In this document: in pieces, positions 60,101 to 64,000 of the stretch
Layout: each line of letters starts with the position of its first letter
How positions within the stretch are numbered: position 1 is the first letter of the stretch
From: Lama guanicoe
Taxonomy: Eukaryota
Assembly (NCBI GenBank): GCA_013239625.1
Contig: MU053758.1
Coordinates: forward strand, 2,977,854 to 3,041,853
DNA: 64,000 nucleotides
Direction: 5' to 3'
Notes under the pieces: generated by a model
Told to the model about the DNA's origin: nothing
What the model saw: only the letters and a program-made list of their open reading frames with translations
Database searches by the model: none
Made by a program: the position numbers and the translations under genes

Positions 60101-62718
60101 CGACTCCTTTCCCAGAACCCCCCTCGCTGCTCCTCCCACACCCCACACTGAGATGAGGTGCTCCATCTGGGGGACCAGCTGGACTGTAAGCTTGGATGGG
60201 GCTTCCTGATCTGGGATCGAGGTCTGACTCTGCAAATTACTTAACGCCTCAAACCTGCCTCTTCTCTGTGAAACAGGGATGCTAACTGCAAGGCCTACTT
60301 CACAGGGTTGGAGTGAGGTGTGAATGAATGAGGGGGTGCCCAGTAAATGTTGGACCTGGAAGAAAACCAAACCTCACCAAATTGGCAGGTTAATGCTGCT
60401 TTCAGCCTCTCCAGGAAGGTTACTATTTCTCAAATATCTACTCTGCGCCAGGCGTGGGGCCAAGAGCCTTGCCTGAGCTCTCACTGAATCCCCCCACCCA
60501 TCCTATAAGTAGGTGTGATGACACCTGTGCCCATGTCATAGCTGAGGAAACCGAGGCTCAGAGAGGTTAACCTTCTCATATTCTCACAGCTAAGAACTGG
60601 AGGTGTTGCTGGACTCCAGAGCTTGCACTTTTAACTGCCACACTAAAGCAATCCCCAAGTAAGGTGAGAAGTGACACCTCAGGCACCTTTCTACTGAGAA
60701 CAAACAGGTCAGGGGCCCAGACCCACCTTTCTGCGGGATGACGAGTTTGCAGGGCAGGGCCAGGGCCATGATGGAATGCTGACACACAAAGGCGGAGAGG
60801 CTCCCTGCAGGGAAACCGGGAGCCCTACATAAGGAGGTGGTCCCCAGGTCACCTGCCCAGCCCAGAAGGGAAGGGCTGGGGGTCCCCCAAGGGCCTTCGG
60901 GCTGGAGAGGCTCACCGAAGTAGGGCTCCTCGTCTGCTCCTTTGAGATGCACCCCTTTGGCGGAAGACTCAATGAGGAAGTGGCGGATGAGATCACTGCT
61001 GTCCTCGCCTGGACAGAGAAAGAACAAAGAGTGCATGTGGTTGGGAGTTCCAGGCTCGAGGTTCGCCAAACACCGCCCAACTCACTTTCTGAAGCGCATC
61101 CTCCAGATGCATCCAGAGGTTAACTTGTTCATCCCCCTGCCTCTGCAGGTAGGCAGGTAGGAATCCTACCCTAAAGGTCTCCCACAAACGAGTTGCTGAC
61201 ACCTTTGCTCAAAAGCTTCCGTGTCCAGTAATTATTTCAGGAGACCATTTTCTTGGTTTTAACAGCTGTCAAGGATGGTTTCCGACGCTGTTTAGATCAA
61301 ATCGAAACCTCGAAATTCTTCCCCCTGATTTCCCTCCGCCGACCCCACCGCACCCCACCCCACCCCAGCCCAGGTGCTGTTATGCTCCTGGCGCCAGGCT
61401 GGCCTGGCCCTGGGAGGGCAGACCACGCCCCCTGCCTCTTCACCCGCCCACAGCTTCCGGCTTGCTTTGGGCTCCTTGGCAAGGTTTCTCTGATAACCAA
61501 CACGGCCCCAGAAGTCACTTTCTTATTTAAACAGAGAGGTGTGGTGTAGAGAATGTGGAACTGGAGTTTTTATCCTCTTGCTTTATCACTTGGTTGTTCT
61601 GGGGGTTCATTGATTCCCTCTTGGAGCATCAGTTACTCCACTGGTTCCACTCCTGGGGTTTAGGTGAGGGGCTGTGACTCAGGTACCTTGTAATGCAATG
61701 ATCTGTTTCTGTATCTTTCCCAGGTGTGGTCTCCCCGGTGCACACCTGCACGGTGCCTGGGGCAGGGTGGATGCCCTATGGATGTATGTTGTGTGCGCAA
61801 GACTACAGAGGATAAGCTAGCACGCACAGTCTTACTGTGTTAGGTTCCCTCTGCGTAAGTCCGGGCTAGACAGAGGTGGGCACCCAGAAGAGAGCAGCTT
61901 GGCAGGGGGGCTGGGACCCTCCTCCTCTTCCCACTACGAGAGCAGAGCAGGGAATCTGGGGAATTGAGGAGGCAGAGGCAGCTTTGGGTCACTGCAAAAG
62001 AAACTTCTCATAGAGCCTTGGTGCTGGAGGGCAGCTGGGAGGGCCCTGAGGTAGACCCTCCTCCCAGGAGTCGTTATGGGACTGGCCCAAGGTCACCCAG
62101 CAACCACACCCTGTTGCCTCTGAGAGGCCTTGAGCGAGGACAGAGACAAGTGCCTACCTGATCGGTTCTGGGCAGGCACGGGGGCCTCTGGCACCTTCAA
62201 GGCAAGGCCAAAGGATCCTCGGTATGAAGAACTGTCCCTCACGATGAAAGTCCCTGGTTCTTCCTTCCTCAGCAGCTCAATGGCTGGAACAATCCTTGGG
62301 TCAGAGATAGTTACCACCCTACCCTGACCCCCTCAGTGCATCAGCCCCGTAGGGTCTTCATAGAACAGATGTCACAGAATCACCTTTTGTTCCCAGGAAG
62401 TCCCTTCTACTGTCTAACCTCCACCATTCCTGCTGCAGGCATTATTTCCTAGGTCATGGAGGTCCTCAGGACCCCCCTGCCCCGCACCCCCTCCCCACCC
62501 TTCCCTGGACGTGCCATCTGCTGGTCCCTCCTCTACATGGACTCAAGGCCCCATCTGCCTGATGCGGGATGCCAGGACCCAGACCTGATTCCTGGGTCAC
62601 TCATTCCCTGAAACACAGTGCTTCCTTTTACCTTGTTCTCGGGTGATGCTTGGCTTAAACCAGTATTTGGATGTGTCCATCACAAACTTCATGGTGGGCT
62701 GCATGTCCCTGGAGGGAC
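56968..62718 (-). CDS. TNS4: Tensin 4 (CTEN), last nine coding exons (SH2 + PTB); 5' exons lie beyond right edge
   Basis: join of 62632-62718, 62158-62283, 60916-61008, 60727-60804, 59668-59739, 58631-58799, 57893-57961, 57627-57653, 56968-57109 (863 nt). Contains MKFVMDTSKYWFKP, SH2 FIVRDS, PTB GCHALYLSSV...VFFRRHYP...ENVCHLFAEYD, ends DPERM*. Synteny downstream of IGFBP4 fits TNS4. Confidence 0.97.
57627..57653 (-). CDS. TNS4: TNS4 27-nt microexon (WQKYCKPS)
   Basis: tttcccgcag|GTGGCAG...TCCCG|gtaagg; symmetric phase. Confidence 0.9.
57893..57961 (-). CDS. TNS4: TNS4 exon, PTB (VFFRRHYPLSTLRFCGMDPEQR)
   Basis: 69 nt, AG/GT bounded. Confidence 0.95.
58631..58799 (-). CDS. TNS4: TNS4 exon, PTB (CHALYLSSVSVETL...TDVQR)
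   Basis: 169 nt, AG/GT bounded. Confidence 0.95.
59668..59739 (-). CDS. TNS4: TNS4 exon, SH2-PTB linker (LGGGDGASD...KKSA)
   Basis: 72 nt, AG/GT bounded, phase-compatible with neighbours. Confidence 0.88.
60430..60640 (-). mobile_element. MIR SINE in a TNS4 intron
   Basis: atagctgaggaaaccgaggctcagagaggttaa...cacagcta. Confidence 0.7.
60727..60804 (-). CDS. TNS4: TNS4 exon, SH2 end (SLSAFVCQHSIMALALPCKLVIPQK)
   Basis: 78 nt, AG/GT bounded. Confidence 0.95.
60916..61008 (-). CDS. TNS4: TNS4 exon, SH2 (EDSSDLIRHFLIE...EPYF)
   Basis: 93 nt, AG/GT bounded. Confidence 0.95.
62158..62283 (-). CDS. TNS4: TNS4 exon, SH2 (IELLRKEEPGTFIVRDSSSY...QNRS)
   Basis: 126 nt, AG/GT bounded. Confidence 0.95.
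62632..62718 (-). CDS. TNS4: TNS4 exon (PSRDMQPTMKFVMDTSKYWFKPSITREQ)
   Basis: 87 nt, AG/GT bounded. Confidence 0.95.
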
Positions 62719-64000
62719 CTGGAGAGAGACAGAGGAGGGGGATCCTGTAGGCTGGACAGAGGGGAGCTGAGAGACCCTTCCCTCTCCTCTGCCCAGCAGT
62801 CGCTTTCAACCCACCCTTCCCTCCCCCTACCCCATTTTATCTCCAATTGCCTAAAGAGGCAAAATCCATCGGAAGAGTCCCAGGGCTTGGTGGGACTAGG
62901 ATCTAGGAGTCTCCCCTTGTATCCTTGGTAATAAATCACAAATAGATAAAACCTTGATTTAATGAGAAACAGTTTCTCAGATTGAATATTGCCTGGTAGA
63001 GACTGAAATAAGGCATAACTAAGGGACTCTGAGATGCATCATTTGTTTAATTTCACATTTTCCTCCCCCTTTAATCATCCTATGAGTTACTTGGAGGTAT
63101 ATTCAGTTTGCAAAAGAAAATGAAAGAAAAGGAGAAAGAAAGGAAAACAGTAGATCTGGCAGAAGAACCTGCACCTGGAAGTCAGGAGATGAGACTTTTG
63201 ATTCTGATCTGGGATAACTGTTGCCCTCCTGAAGCCCAGAAGGGACTGAGGGGACTAAAAATCCCTGAGGGTCTTTAATGCTCCAATAGCCTTGAAAATT
63301 AAGATGAATTTTGTTTTGAGACTATTCTGCAGAATTTGATAATATCCTGGAGTATAATTAGTGATCATCTGGGACATCACCAAACCAGGACGGCAGTATC
63401 ACCAGGCTAAGTAAATGTGCTCTTTGAGATGCCAAAACGTCCTTTTTCCTGGGGCCCTAAGGCACAGAGCATCTTGAAAAGGTGTGTTGAGGCCAGTTGA
63501 GAGTAACTCATTATAAGAAATGTACTGCAATCTGCAAACGATTTGTCCTAGGAAAATGATCAGAGCAGCTTCAAAGGCATGCTTGTCACCTCATATTCCC
63601 TTGGTTGCACTGACATGGCTTCCTGAGTGGGAACCAGCAGTGGGCTGGAGTGAGCATTTCACACCCTCCAGGAGTCCCTTGATGTCTGTGGCCAAGTGAG
63701 GGCTGAGAAACCGGAGGTGGGGAAGGGGATGTCTGAGCCACGAGGGAGAAGCGACCCACTGACAGGGTCCTTGGGGCTCAGCTGGGAGCTCTGCTCCTAG
63801 GAGAGCCGCACCCTGGGGGTGCTAAGGCTTCGCCTCCATGTTTACTGCTTTGTTACTGCTTTGGGTTCTGGTTGGCTTTGTTCTTTTTGGACGCCTGTAG
63901 TCACAGACTACGGGAAGGAGGGTGTTTGCTATTTTGTGGTTTTTAGCTGTCTGAACTGGAATGCATTGTCTCCGTTACTCCGTCCTCCCCCTGTCTGTGT

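Overview
Mammalian genomic DNA, most likely a camelid (camel/alpaca lineage, inferred from tRNA-derived Vic-1-like SINEs). It covers the conserved syntenic block TOP2A(-) / IGFBP4(+) / TNS4(-). I traced splice junctions by hand for three genes. TOP2A: coding exons 1-29 (18314 down to 856; 3811 nt, in frame, catalytic Tyr at codon 805), with the 3' exons lying off the left edge. IGFBP4: the complete 4-exon CDS (34565-43387; 777 nt, 258 aa). TNS4/CTEN: the last nine coding exons (SH2 and PTB domains, 62718 down to 56968). The rest is introns and intergenic DNA with L1, L2, MIR, MER20, LTR and lineage-specific SINE insertions, microsatellites and one 16-N gap. I see no wholly new gene system. The most notable observations are: a GC-AG intron in TOP2A; the weak exon-19 donor behind the human TOP2alpha/90 isoform, here followed by an early stop; a 17-codon uORF in the IGFBP4 leader; an internal L1 ORF2 fragment that looks retrotransposed after premature polyadenylation; an L1 insertion at a TOP2A branch-point zone; and several strong regulatory motif candidates (CTCF, NFI, paired ERRE, a homeodomain-rich island). 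Repeat family names come from recalled consensus similarity and need RepeatMasker/Dfam confirmation.
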